Origin: a virus
Taxonomy: Duplodnaviria > Heunggongvirae > Uroviricota > Caudoviricetes
Direction: 5' to 3' (one strand)
Virus record (IMG/VR): IMGVR_UViG_3300046002_003930
Coordinates: 1 to 64,000 of that record
DNA length: 64,000 nucleotides
A program made the position numbers and the translations under genes. Positions 1 through 8,097 of this stretch are shown piece by piece. The notes beneath the pieces were generated by a model. The model did no database searches and had not been told where the DNA came from. It saw only the letters and a program-made list of their open reading frames with translations. Position 1 is the stretch's first letter. Every line of letters begins with the position of its first letter.

Positions 1-118
1 AACCCGCGGCCCTATTCTTACCGGGACTTTGCCGCAAAAAATCTTTTCACGGTGAAATAAGTAAAAGCGGGCGGGTGAAAGCCCCGCCACCTTTCCCCAT
101 TTAATAACGAGAGAATAA

Positions 119-379
119 ATGTCCGATTTTGAAATCTTCGCCTTTACACCGGAACGCCAACAAACGGCCGAAATTATTAAGTTTCCGGTCCCTGATACTG
201 TTGGCGTTGCTCCGCTTTACTTTGTTCTGGATGGGGAGGATGAGATCTGTACTATGCTCAACTTGCCGAACGCTAGAAACATTGCGCGGCTTCTAGCAGC
301 GGACTGGCCCGATCAAGTGTTCACGGTTGTGGACGAATGGAATGTGGTCCTGTTTACTTCGGGGTCCGAAGTAAACTAA
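119..379 (+). CDS. hypothetical protein (pre-early-like region)
   Basis: 86-aa ORF, first gene of window, followed by palindromic repeat element. Confidence 0.45.
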   Translation: MSDFEIFAFTPERQQTAEIIKFPVPDTVGVAPLYFVLDGEDEICTMLNLPNARNIARLLAADWPDQVFTVVDEWNVVLFTSGSEVN

Positions 380-384
380 CGCTT

Positions 385-460
385 GACAAACCCTAAGTCA
401 TTGATTTCATTGATGATTTGGGGCCCCTCCAAAAAAGCCTTATAAATCAAAGACTTATGC
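385..460. repeat. large imperfect palindromic element copy 1 (CTAAGTCATTGA...GGGGCCCC...TCAATGACTTAG-like)
   Basis: GGGGCCCC core at 420-427 flanked by inverted CTAAGTCATTGA / ATCAAAGACTTA arms; same architecture recurs 4 more times. Confidence 0.6.
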
Positions 461-528
461 AAGACAATCGTAGGGCGTATGTGGCGCCGATTTTACACCT
501 AAAACTCCCGCCTGTCAAGAGCGAGAAA

Positions 529-546
529 CATTACAAATTTGTAATG
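529..546. promoter_or_regulatory. 18-bp perfect palindrome CATTACAAATTTGTAATG (operator-like), copy 1
   Basis: Exact palindrome; second identical copy at 1697-1714, each just upstream of a gene start. Confidence 0.4.
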
Positions 547-612
547 AAGAAAATGCTTGCCTTTCTGCTAAATTGCGCGTATTATAATGAGACTGAAACA
601 AAGGAGGCCGAC

Positions 613-1131
613 ATGGGCCAAGGTTACGAAATCTTCAAAGCACGTTCCGCCAAGCAAGCCCCCATCGTCATTTTCGACCTTGACGGGACTGTGATTTGTT
701 CGCAACACCGCCACCTGTCCAAGCCGGACGGCTCGCTCGATCTAGCGCATTGGATTGAGAACTGCACCCCGGAAAAGATTTTCGCGGATAAGCTGCTGCC
801 GCTGGCTCGCTCGATGCGTGCGATGCACAAGGCCGGTCATCACGTCGTCATCTGCACGGCTCGCGTTATGAGCGAGCATGACCTCGCCTATCTGGCGAAT
901 AACGGCCTTCCGTATCACGGTCTGCTGTCGCGGGCTGAAGGTGATCGCCGCGCGGATGCGGAAATGAAGGTTTGCCTTCTTAATCGTTATTTGTTCAATC
1001 TGGGTTACGGCTCAATCCGTGAAGCAAACTGCATCATGTTTGATGATAACTTGGCCGTACTGGAAGCAATGCGCCAGCAAGGCGTTATCGTTATCAACGC
1101 CACTAACGAAAATGCACGGAGGGTTGCATGA
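613..1131 (+). CDS. HAD-superfamily phosphatase, T5 Dmp-like 5'-deoxyribonucleotidase
   Basis: RBS AAGGAGG then ATG 613; N-terminal FDLDGTV (HAD motif I DxDGT) and downstream HAD-like motifs; ORF-track start 418 is an upstream over-extension. Confidence 0.65.
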   Translation: MGQGYEIFKARSAKQAPIVIFDLDGTVICSQHRHLSKPDGSLDLAHWIENCTPEKIFADKLLPLARSMRAMHKAGHHVVICTARVMSEHDLAYLANNGLPYHGLLSRAEGDRRADAEMKVCLLNRYLFNLGYGSIREANCIMFDDNLAVLEAMRQQGVIVINATNENARRVA

Positions 1132-1319
1132 CGATTATTGCACCTCGCCCTGACTATACTTGGTCAGATGAAATGAGCGAGGCCGATAACGTCGGCCAGC
1201 TTATTCAAATCATGGACGAAACCGAAGATCGGTGGGGTGGTTACGTCTATGATTACTACTCTATGGCACATTGGGTGCTGACTTTTGTTAATGAAAATAC
1301 TTGGGAGGTAGGACCTTAA
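1128..1319 (+). CDS. hypothetical protein
   Basis: 63-aa ORF, start overlaps previous stop (ATGA). Confidence 0.45.
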   Translation: MTIIAPRPDYTWSDEMSEADNVGQLIQIMDETEDRWGGYVYDYYSMAHWVLTFVNENTWEVGP

Positions 1320-1577
1320 ATGCGTAAGATAATTTTTCAGGCCCACGCTGATACTGTGGGAACCGATACGGCGGAGATTGTTCTTTATCCCGACGATGTA
1401 AAGGACAAGGAACTTGATGACGATGTTCAACAGTTTGGGCAGAATCACTGGGATAGCTACGACTCTTCTGAAACTGAGGAAGAAAGCGACGAGTATTATG
1501 AAGCTTGCGATGCTTGGTGGGAAGATTACGACCCAGTAAAACACGCCGGACTGGTTGACGACCCGGACGAAGAATAG
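1320..1577 (+). CDS. highly acidic small protein (D/E-rich; DNA-mimic-like composition)
   Basis: 85 aa, very acidic with runs such as DDDVQQ and SSETEEESDEYYEACDAWWEDYD. Confidence 0.45.
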   Translation: MRKIIFQAHADTVGTDTAEIVLYPDDVKDKELDDDVQQFGQNHWDSYDSSETEEESDEYYEACDAWWEDYDPVKHAGLVDDPDEE

Positions 1578-1587
1578 TCGGATAAGC

Positions 1588-1650
1588 CCTTGAAATCGTT
1601 AGATTTTTGGGGCCCCCCGAAAATTCCCTTATAAATCAATGACTTAGCGG
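1588..1650. repeat. palindromic element copy 2 (GGGGCCCCCC core 1609-1618)
   Basis: TTTTGGGGCCCCCCGAAAA flanked by CTTATAAATCAATGACTTAG. Confidence 0.55.
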
Positions 1651-1696
1651 CTTTCCGCCTCTACACGAAAAACCTAGCCGAGTCAAGCCACGCAAA

Positions 1697-1714
1697 CATT
1701 ACAAATTTGTAATG
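1697..1714. promoter_or_regulatory. palindrome CATTACAAATTTGTAATG copy 2
   Basis: Identical to 529-546; about 90 nt upstream of the CDS starting at 1804. Confidence 0.4.
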
Positions 1715-1803
1715 AAAAACCTGTTGTGTTCTTCGGCCCGTTTCCCTATATTCAAGAGGTCGGGGGGATGGGCCTCCCGCGCAAAAGGAACTAAAGAAAC
1801 ATC

Positions 1804-2124
1804 ATGGCTAAACAAGCTGTCTCGAAATACACCGCCGCTATGGAACAAGCTATCCGTGACGAGCCGGTCCTGAACCAAGCCGTCGCCAATCGTCTGGCCG
1901 CGTCTTTCGGCCCGACCTTTACGGGTCGCATGGTCATCGCGAAAATTAACTCGATGAAACTGCCCTATCAGAAGAAGGTCGCCACCACCAAAACGGGTGA
2001 GCCGGTCGAACGCAAGGAACTTCTGGTTGCGGAGATCGCCAAGTTCGTCGAGGGTAACCTCGATGGTCTGGACAAGGCTCCGAAACCCGCTCTGCAAGCT
2101 ATCCGGGACGCCTTCGCGGCCTAA
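1804..2124 (+). CDS. small protein, paralog family member 1 (about 80 percent identical to 4231-4554)
   Basis: MAKQAVSKYTAAMEQAIRDEPVLNQAVANRLA... almost colinear with the product of 4231-4554; RBS AAAGGAAC upstream. Confidence 0.6.
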   Translation: MAKQAVSKYTAAMEQAIRDEPVLNQAVANRLAASFGPTFTGRMVIAKINSMKLPYQKKVATTKTGEPVERKELLVAEIAKFVEGNLDGLDKAPKPALQAIRDAFAA

Positions 2125-2351
2125 CGGATAGGGTTAACTATTGAGGGTGGGGCCGTCAGTAATGGCCGCTCTACTAATAAAGCGAGAATAGCCTTCTACA
2201 TGGGTCAGGTTCTCGCCACCCCGATAGTTACCACATGAACAGCGGCCCTCCCTCGCACTAAGGGAAACGTGGCTCTGTTGAATGCGCGATAGTGGGGTCG
2301 AACCCGCTCGCCGTTCTTGTGGTAACTATTCTCAAACAAAAAGGAACTAAA

Positions 2352-2699
2352 ATGCAACTTTCTCCCTCCACCATCTCGACCATCATCGCCGTTCTGTCCG
2401 CTCAAGGCGTCAACGTCACCGGCGATCAAGTCCGGTCGGCTCTGGCTTCACTGGTTGGCGAAACCCCGCCGCCCTCGCCGGTTAATCTGCAACCGGGCGA
2501 AAAGGTCATCGTTCAGAACCACGCCGACGGCGAAACCGAAACCTTCAGCACGATCGACGCGGCCCGCGAATACATCGTGGACAACTCGGAAACCGGCTAT
2601 AGCGGCCGCCTCCGCGACTCCTCGGACTTTTCGGCTTACATCGTTCGCCGGAAACTGAATGTCGAACTCGAACAGGCAACGACTGTCACGTTCGAATAA
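2352..2699 (+). CDS. hypothetical protein
   Basis: RBS AAAGGAAC then ATG 2352 (MQLSPSTIS...); the ORF-track start 2292 lies upstream of the RBS. Confidence 0.5.
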   Translation: MQLSPSTISTIIAVLSAQGVNVTGDQVRSALASLVGETPPPSPVNLQPGEKVIVQNHADGETETFSTIDAAREYIVDNSETGYSGRLRDSSDFSAYIVRRKLNVELEQATTVTFE

Positions 2700-2705
2700 T
2701 AAGGC

Positions 2706-2741
2706 TTGACCGTGGCTTTCGGGCCACGGTCTCCACTTTTG
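2706..2741 (+). terminator. stem-loop plus T-run after the 2352-2699 CDS
   Basis: CCGTGGC-TTTCG-GGCCACGG followed by TCTCCACTTTT. Confidence 0.4.
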
Positions 2742-2742
2742 G

Positions 2743-2822
2743 GCTTGACAATGCTAAGTCATTGAAAACGTTCAACTTTTGGAGCCCCTCGCTTTTTTCC
2801 TTATAAATCAAGGACTTACGCT
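2743..2822. repeat. palindromic element copy 3 (degenerate GGAGCCCC core 2781-2788)
   Basis: CTTGACAATGCTAAGTCATTGAAAACG...TTTTGGAGCCCCTCGC...CTTATAAATCAAGGACTTACG. Confidence 0.55.
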
Positions 2823-2832
2823 GTAACAATAC

Positions 2833-3291
2833 GTGACTAGCTTTCTTTCTCAAATGCGATATTATGGACCTATGAAAATCACTGCCTGCAACGAAACCTT
2901 TTACAATGCCGCCGTTTGGTATGCCAACGCGCTTGGTATCGCTGACCATGAGTTTGACCTAACCATTGATTACGCGGACAGCGTGGATATGGTTGGCGCG
3001 GCACAAATCCTTTATCATAAAGGTGTCGCGGTCATTACCATGAACACGACGCAAGATGAAAGCGACGACGAACTAGAACTGCTGGCGCATGAGATGGTGC
3101 ACCTGAAACAATATGTTACCGGACAAATGATTGACCTGCTGCTGACAGGGGTTGTCATTTGGGAAGGCACGGCCTATGATGCTTGCACTGACGCGAACTC
3201 GTGGGCCTACTGGAACGCCCCTTGGGAGTTGGAGGCTTTCAGCCGTCAACGTGGTCTTAACTGGATGAGGACTGTTAAAAATGTGGCTTGA
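2833..3291 (+). CDS. putative HExxH zinc metallopeptidase-like protein
   Basis: LLAHEMVHLKQY (HExxH); true start may be the internal MKITACN. Confidence 0.4.
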   Translation: MTSFLSQMRYYGPMKITACNETFYNAAVWYANALGIADHEFDLTIDYADSVDMVGAAQILYHKGVAVITMNTTQDESDDELELLAHEMVHLKQYVTGQMIDLLLTGVVIWEGTAYDACTDANSWAYWNAPWELEAFSRQRGLNWMRTVKNVA

Positions 3292-3487
3292 TTTTGTAGA
3301 AATGAGCTGGGATAACGATGGACAGGAGGGCCATTTTTCTTTTGGCATGACTATGGCCGATGCTCAAGAAATCGTGAACAAAGGTTCGCTTGAGGACCGC
3401 CATGCTGAAATCATCGTGGCAGCCGCTAAGTATTTGGCGGCGAAGGACGCTCCGTTTTTCCGTGATACTAACAAGGATGAAGACTAA
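3281..3487 (+). CDS. hypothetical protein
   Basis: 68-aa ORF overlapping previous stop. Confidence 0.4.
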   Translation: MWLDFVEMSWDNDGQEGHFSFGMTMADAQEIVNKGSLEDRHAEIIVAAAKYLAAKDAPFFRDTNKDED

Positions 3488-3654
3488 TGGAAGCGAATAC
3501 CTACCTTTTTACTGAGGAACAACTGAGAAAATACGCGGAAAACTGGTTTCTGCTCGCCTTGGATGACGTAGGCACGTTCGATGAACTGTGGGCGATGCAC
3601 GAACGTCAAAATAATACTTGACAGGGCGAAAGGGAGGGTCTAAAGAGGCCCTCC

Positions 3655-3725
3655 CGCTAAGTCCTTGAATTCATTGAACTTTTGGGGCCCCGCGGAAAAC
3701 CCCTTATATATCAAAGACATAGGTA
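3655..3725. repeat. palindromic element copy 4 (GGGGCCCC 3684-3691)
   Basis: GCTAAGTCCTTGAATTCATTGAACTTTTGGGGCCCCGCGG...CTTATATATCAAAGACAT. Confidence 0.55.
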
Positions 3726-3779
3726 CGGGGTTGGAAAATGCCAGCAAAAACAAACACTTAGCTAACCCATTGATATTGC

Positions 3780-3835
3780 TCACTTTTTTGCAGGGGCCCC
3801 AAAAAGCTAATGAAATCAAGGACTTATTTCAGCTC
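3780..3835. repeat. palindromic element copy 5 (TTTTTGCAGGGGCCCCAAAAAGC; core 3793-3800), plus a partial arm at 3868-3900
   Basis: Near-perfect inverted repeat TTTTTG-GGGGCCCC-AAAAA followed by ATCAAGGACTTAT. Confidence 0.5.
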
Positions 3836-3920
3836 TCCTGAACTTAATGTTAAACCTTAAGAGTTGGCGCTAAGTCATTGAAATCGTTCAGCTTTTCGGA
3901 AAAGTGCGCGCAGCGCCGAG

Positions 3921-4100
3921 TAGAGTGTCAAGTCAATTTTCAATTTTGCCGCGAATAAGTGCTTCTGCGCCGGGGCCAGTGCGAAGTCAAGTCCTATTTT
4001 AACGAGTGCCAAAATAAGTGCTGCGTTTTGCGCCGATTTTACAGTGCGAAAGCAATGGTGTCAAGATTACAAATTAGCAAGTGCTAAAACAATGCCGCTA
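3921..4100. repeat. three tandem ~58-bp direct repeats (AGTGCGAAGTCAAGTC...GCCAAAATAAGTGCTGCG...)
   Basis: Three consecutive units share GTCAAGTC-ATTTTAA-G-C-AAATAAGTGCT. Confidence 0.5.
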
Positions 4101-4230
4101 GCATGAGTCTCGGGCATCAAAACAACGCCTGCTGCGATTTTTCTTGATTTTCCCAGTCAAACCCCCTATTATTAGAAAGTCAAGAGGGCGAGGAATAGTC
4201 CCCGCCCCAGCAAAAAGGAAAACTACCACT

Positions 4231-4554
4231 ATGGCTAAGCAAGCTAAGACCTCGAAGTACACTGCCGCTATGGAGCAGGCCATCCGCGATGAGCCCGTTC
4301 TGAACCAAGCGGTTGCCAATCGTCTCGCCACCGAGTTCGGTGTTGAGTTCACCGGCCGCATGGTGATCGCGAAGATCAACTCGATGAAGCTGCCCTACGA
4401 GCGTAAGGCCGCGACGACCAAGGCCGGCACTCCGGTTGAGCGCAAGGACGCCCTGGTTACCGAGATTGCCAAGTTCGTTGAGGGCAACCTCGACGGCCTG
4501 GACAAGGCCCCTAAGGCTGCCCTGCAAGCCGTTCGCGACGCGCTGGCTGCCTAA
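4231..4554 (+). CDS. small protein, paralog family member 2
   Basis: RBS AAAAGGAAAAC then ATG 4231; MAKQAKTSKYTAAMEQAIRDEPVLNQAVANRLATEFG... paralog of 1804-2124. Confidence 0.6.
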   Translation: MAKQAKTSKYTAAMEQAIRDEPVLNQAVANRLATEFGVEFTGRMVIAKINSMKLPYERKAATTKAGTPVERKDALVTEIAKFVEGNLDGLDKAPKAALQAVRDALAA

Positions 4555-4584
4555 GCATCTTGGGACCGAAAGTTAAAAAAGTTC

Positions 4585-4613
4585 TTGACTTTCGGTCCCA
4601 CTCGCGCTATACT
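4585..4613 (+). promoter_or_regulatory. T5-type sigma70 promoter P1 (TTGACT-17-TATACT); -35 sits inside an 11-bp hairpin GGGACCGAAAG/CTTTCGGTCCC
   Basis: AAAAAAGTTCTTGACTTTCGGTCCCACTCGCGCTATACTT. Confidence 0.65.
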
Positions 4614-4736
4614 TATTAAAGATGAGGAAAACGAGGGGCCTTCAATGGTCTGAGTGTTTATACTAGACGAGCACGCTTTAGTAGTGGTCGAGTGGGCCTG
4701 AGGGAAGGATTGACCAGGTTTCCTTATTTTAGTTCT

Positions 4737-4765
4737 TGACTTTCGAGTCGAAGTTTAGTATTATA
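4737..4765 (+). promoter_or_regulatory. T5-type promoter P2 (TTGACT-17-TATTAT)
   Basis: TTTTAGTTCTTGACTTTCGAGTCGAAGTTTAGTATTATATAAG. Confidence 0.6.
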
Positions 4766-4845
4766 TAAGACTGAGACGGGCGCAGGCCCCACCGTGCTTC
4801 GGCAAAGATTGAAATAAGCATGTTTCAATGTCTCGAAAATAGTTC

Positions 4846-4874
4846 TTGACTTTGCAGTCAACTTGAACTATACT
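4846..4874 (+). promoter_or_regulatory. T5-type promoter P3 (TTGACT-17-TATACT)
   Basis: AAAATAGTTCTTGACTTTGCAGTCAACTTGAACTATACTTATT. Confidence 0.6.
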
Positions 4875-4983
4875 TATTAAAGATTGAGGCGGGCCCGACA
4901 CTAAGTCTGTTTTACACAAGTCTTTCCCCAGGTGGGTCTTCTTGAAAACAGCACTGGTCACCCGCGTAATCTGAAAAAAGTTC

Positions 4984-5012
4984 TTGACTTGTCCCGCTGA
5001 ATGCGGTATAAT
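4984..5012 (+). promoter_or_regulatory. T5-type promoter P4 (TTGACT-17-TATAAT)
   Basis: GAAAAAAGTTCTTGACTTGTCCCGCTGAATGCGGTATAATAGAG. Confidence 0.65.
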
Positions 5013-5029
5013 AGAGAAAGCCTCCCGGG

Positions 5030-6260
5030 CGGGCTGCCAATACACCGGGACCAATTTGTGGGGGAGGCAACGCAAGCTGCCCATCAGCGCGACCTCCCCC
5101 ATGTACGAAATTGTGGTACCTATGAAGCTAATTAGGTAAATGACCGTGAGCGGTCCCAGCCACTCCAAGTTTGCCGAAACTATACTAATCTACTTCGAGG
5201 TCAATGGGCAGGGAGGTCGTACGCCCTGTTTATGCGAGCATACATCGACCCTGGTAGAGACCATCCCGAATAGGTGTGCACAGCCTAGGTCGGCTCTGGT
5301 TCCATGATAGTAGGCAATTCAATAGGCTACGGCCTGCGGCACGGATTTACATGGACTGGAGCGCTTGCGCGACAGGACTAACACAATTTAAACATCTAGC
5401 TCGTGAGGCTAGACTGTCGTCGCGAAAATTTGAGACTAGCAGATGCGGAGGAGTCAAGCTGTGAGGCCGGTTGCAGGTGCGAGCAGGGACAGTTCAAGGA
5501 TCGCAGTGTCTACCCGAAAGCCTTGCAACGGTGAGTACGGAGGGGGAACTTGGAAGGGTGATCAACCAACCTTGGAGAACCTGTCTCAAACCGCTTTCTG
5601 ATGAGGCTGTAAGGCCGAAATGTGGAGTTGGCACGAAATTGAAAGAGGGACTTTGCCAGCCCTCACCACATAAAAGCGTGGAATAAGTTGTGGGTGCGCG
5701 TTCTGCGTTATTGAGTAACCCTCCGTCCTAAGGTTTAACGATTAAACCCAGTGGGTCGAAGTCATGAGCGACTTGCCGCGTTACTAGTGCGTGAAAATCT
5801 AGCTAGAAAGGCCAGTGTGCCCGACAAACTAGTGCGGTACTCCCGTCTGGAGTGTAGGTTGTGAGTTAGCCGAATGTAGAACTCTCCGTGTGGAACCCGC
5901 GTATGAGACCCCGGAAGATGGTGCCGTGCACATAGTGCTAAAACCTCGCGTGATTGCAGCTGCAATCAGACCAGAATAGTTCGCAGTAGTTTAGGTGCAA
6001 GTCCTAATGGTCAATTCGGCGCTAAAGGTACTTTAGCTTAATTGTACGAAACCAGGACGTACTGCCATTCAATCCGACCTGTGAAGGTCCGATTATAGGC
6101 TGGGTCTTTAGGAACAAGTTCCTAAAGTTAGAGTATACCAGAGCGCAACACGGGCACGTCCTGGAGTTGGTCTGCGAAAACCTTATTAAGGACAACCATA
6201 ACCGGAACCGAGCTGCGGCTCGCCGGAGGCGGCTTTTATACCGCTCAGAACAAGGGTTTC
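5030..6260 (+). other. about 1.2-kb ORF-free, GC-richer tract downstream of the four tandem promoters (candidate long non-coding transcript or decayed gene)
   Basis: No ORF longer than 71 aa in any frame. Local GC looks near 50 percent, against a visibly AT-richer flanking genome. Contains GC-rich hairpins such as GGGGGAGG...CCTCCCCC and ends at two intrinsic terminators. Confidence 0.3.
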
Positions 6261-6290
6261 ACCCGCTGACCGAGGTCAGCGGGTTTTTTC
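6261..6290 (+). terminator. rho-independent terminator
   Basis: ACCCGCTGACC-GAG-GTCAGCGGGT followed by TTTTTTC. Confidence 0.7.
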
Positions 6291-6370
6291 GGCAGAAAAC
6301 TAACCCGAGTGGAGGATAGGAGCGATCCATCTGATAGTAATGATCGGGAGCGGCCGCGAGAACATGTTTT

Positions 6371-6402
6371 AGCAGGATAGTTGCAACTATCCTGCTTTTT
6401 TG
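6371..6402 (+). terminator. rho-independent terminator
   Basis: AGCAGGATAGTTGCAACTATCCTGCT followed by TTTTTTG. Confidence 0.7.
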
Positions 6403-6697
6403 TGTCCATTTCATTTAATTTGGGTCAGCCCCTCCCCACCCTGGTATAATAGCACAGCTTTTGAAGCGGGTCAAGATTATAAATTCGCGAGAGCTGAATT
6501 TTCTGCGCCGAGCAGTAGTAAGTCAACAACTGTTTTACCGCGTGTTGAAGATGATTTGGGAAAACTTGGGAAAACTTGGGTTAAGCGGGTTTCGGCCGAC
6601 TTATTTCGAGCTGTGCACCGTGATTTGAAATAAATGCGCCGAAATTGCTTGAGTCGCCCAATAACACCGTGAAAATCGACTCAGGTGAATACTTATC

Positions 6698-6726
6698 TTG
6701 ACTTTGATGTTTGGGTAATCTATACT
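6698..6726 (+). promoter_or_regulatory. T5-type promoter (TTGACT-17-TATACT) for the gene block starting at 6749
   Basis: ACTTATCTTGACTTTGATGTTTGGGTAATCTATACTTTAG. Confidence 0.6.
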
Positions 6727-6748
6727 TTAGACTGAATCGGAGAGAAAA

Positions 6749-6988
6749 ATGCGAGAACCTACACAACAAGAGATTTGGGAGTGCGAAGATCGCTTCAGTA
6801 TGGCAAATGATGTGGCTGATGTAGATATTTCCTTAATTGACTATACGGAAACAGGCTGGAAAGTTGATATTCACTATAACATTATCGAAGATAATGAAAT
6901 TGTGGACACTGTGCTTCTGGGCGGGTTTCTGTGGCTAGACATAGCTGAAGATGAGTTCCATCTCAACACTGACGGGAAGGTTTACTAA
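6749..6988 (+). CDS. hypothetical protein
   Basis: RBS GGAGAGAAAA then ATG; 79 aa. Confidence 0.5.
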   Translation: MREPTQQEIWECEDRFSMANDVADVDISLIDYTETGWKVDIHYNIIEDNEIVDTVLLGGFLWLDIAEDEFHLNTDGKVY

Positions 6989-7170
6989 TGTTTGAAGTAA
7001 TTTGGATGCCCTCGGGAGAAGTTCATAGTAATCACTCTACTGAAGAAGCTGCCCGTAACTACATCGAAAACAACTTTAGCATGATTACTCGTCAGTATTA
7101 TGGCGTGCGCTTGTGTGAAGACCGCTGGCCCGAATATGAATCAGTTATGGAAATGGAGAAGTATCAGTGA
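6988..7170 (+). CDS. hypothetical protein
   Basis: ATG overlaps previous stop (TAATG). Confidence 0.45.
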   Translation: MFEVIWMPSGEVHSNHSTEEAARNYIENNFSMITRQYYGVRLCEDRWPEYESVMEMEKYQ

Positions 7171-7394
7171 TTCGGATTAGTATGATGGCCGTACCTCAGG
7201 GTATCGGTATACTGCGCTTTGATATTCTCGCTGGTCAGATTTGGACCTCTGACTGTGGCAACTTCCACTGTTACTGCCTGGAAATGGCGGACGAGACTAT
7301 TCATCAAGGTCAGTTCGTGAAGACCTTTAGCGCACACAAGAACCCTTTCCGCATTCTAGCAAAAATTTATGAGGATATTCAGAATGGAACATGA
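7167..7394 (+). CDS. hypothetical protein
   Basis: 75-aa ORF, overlapping start. Confidence 0.4.
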   Translation: MIRISMMAVPQGIGILRFDILAGQIWTSDCGNFHCYCLEMADETIHQGQFVKTFSAHKNPFRILAKIYEDIQNGT

Positions 7395-7617
7395 AATCGA
7401 CGAATACTACGACACGTATGGGCGTGAGTACGGAAGCTATTTCACTGACGAGATTGATCTCATGTACTGCCATTCGCAGTATGAAATCATGTTGGCTGGA
7501 GGAATTGTGCCCGAAGAGGCTCTGATTGCTATCAAAGTTATGATGCAGGGTGCTGCCGATCAAGCTGAGTGGAATATGGTCAACGGCTATGACGACGAAG
7601 ATGGAGAAGATTATTGA
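7369..7617 (+). CDS. hypothetical acidic protein
   Basis: 82-aa ORF. Confidence 0.4.
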   Translation: MRIFRMEHEIDEYYDTYGREYGSYFTDEIDLMYCHSQYEIMLAGGIVPEEALIAIKVMMQGAADQAEWNMVNGYDDEDGEDY

Positions 7618-7931
7618 TTAAGCCTATTTCACCGGACAATATCGCCAGTGCTAAGGCGGATATCTTTCCAGATTATGTAATTGAATCTGTAAACGAGCTA
7701 ATTGCAGCCAATTTCAGTGCTGGGAGCGCTAACTTCACACAGGACGAAGTAATTGACGCGATTATGTCAAAAGCTGGTGACCTTACTAGAGCATTTATCT
7801 TCTCTAAGGGTTATCTCAACTTCGAGGAACTCTACGAGGCTCAGGGCTGGAAAGTAGTTTACGATAAGCCGGCCTATAACGAAAGTTATAAGGCCAACTT
7901 CACATTTATTAAACCTCCAAGAGGTTGTTAA
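7614..7931 (+). CDS. hypothetical protein
   Basis: 105-aa ORF, start overlaps previous stop. Confidence 0.45.
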   Translation: MIKPISPDNIASAKADIFPDYVIESVNELIAANFSAGSANFTQDEVIDAIMSKAGDLTRAFIFSKGYLNFEELYEAQGWKVVYDKPAYNESYKANFTFIKPPRGC

Positions 7932-8097
7932 TGTTCGACGAAACTGGAAGCACTTGGCGTATCATTGATACGAAGTATAAAGAAGATATTCAAGGCGGCT
8001 TTAAGACTGAGTTTGCCGCTCTTGAGTTCGTACTGAAACACTTGGGCGCGTCAGACGCTCAGTTTATTATTCGCAACTATGGAGTGTATAACCGCTA

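Noticed and set aside
418-1131. Long N-terminal extension of the HAD phosphatase ORF (start at 418)
   Set aside because: The extension overlaps palindromic element 1 and the 18-bp palindrome; a strong RBS AAGGAGG precedes ATG 613 and the HAD DxDGT motif follows immediately
3921-4100. Possible CRISPR-like array (regularly repeated units)
   Set aside because: Only three units of about 58 bp that are directly adjacent with no unique spacers; the repeats are imperfect and not palindromic in the CRISPR manner
5030-6260. Group I or group II intron in the ORF-free tract
   Set aside because: Could not recognise a domain V (group II) or P7/P3 cores (group I) by eye; left as an unresolved long non-coding candidate rather than called
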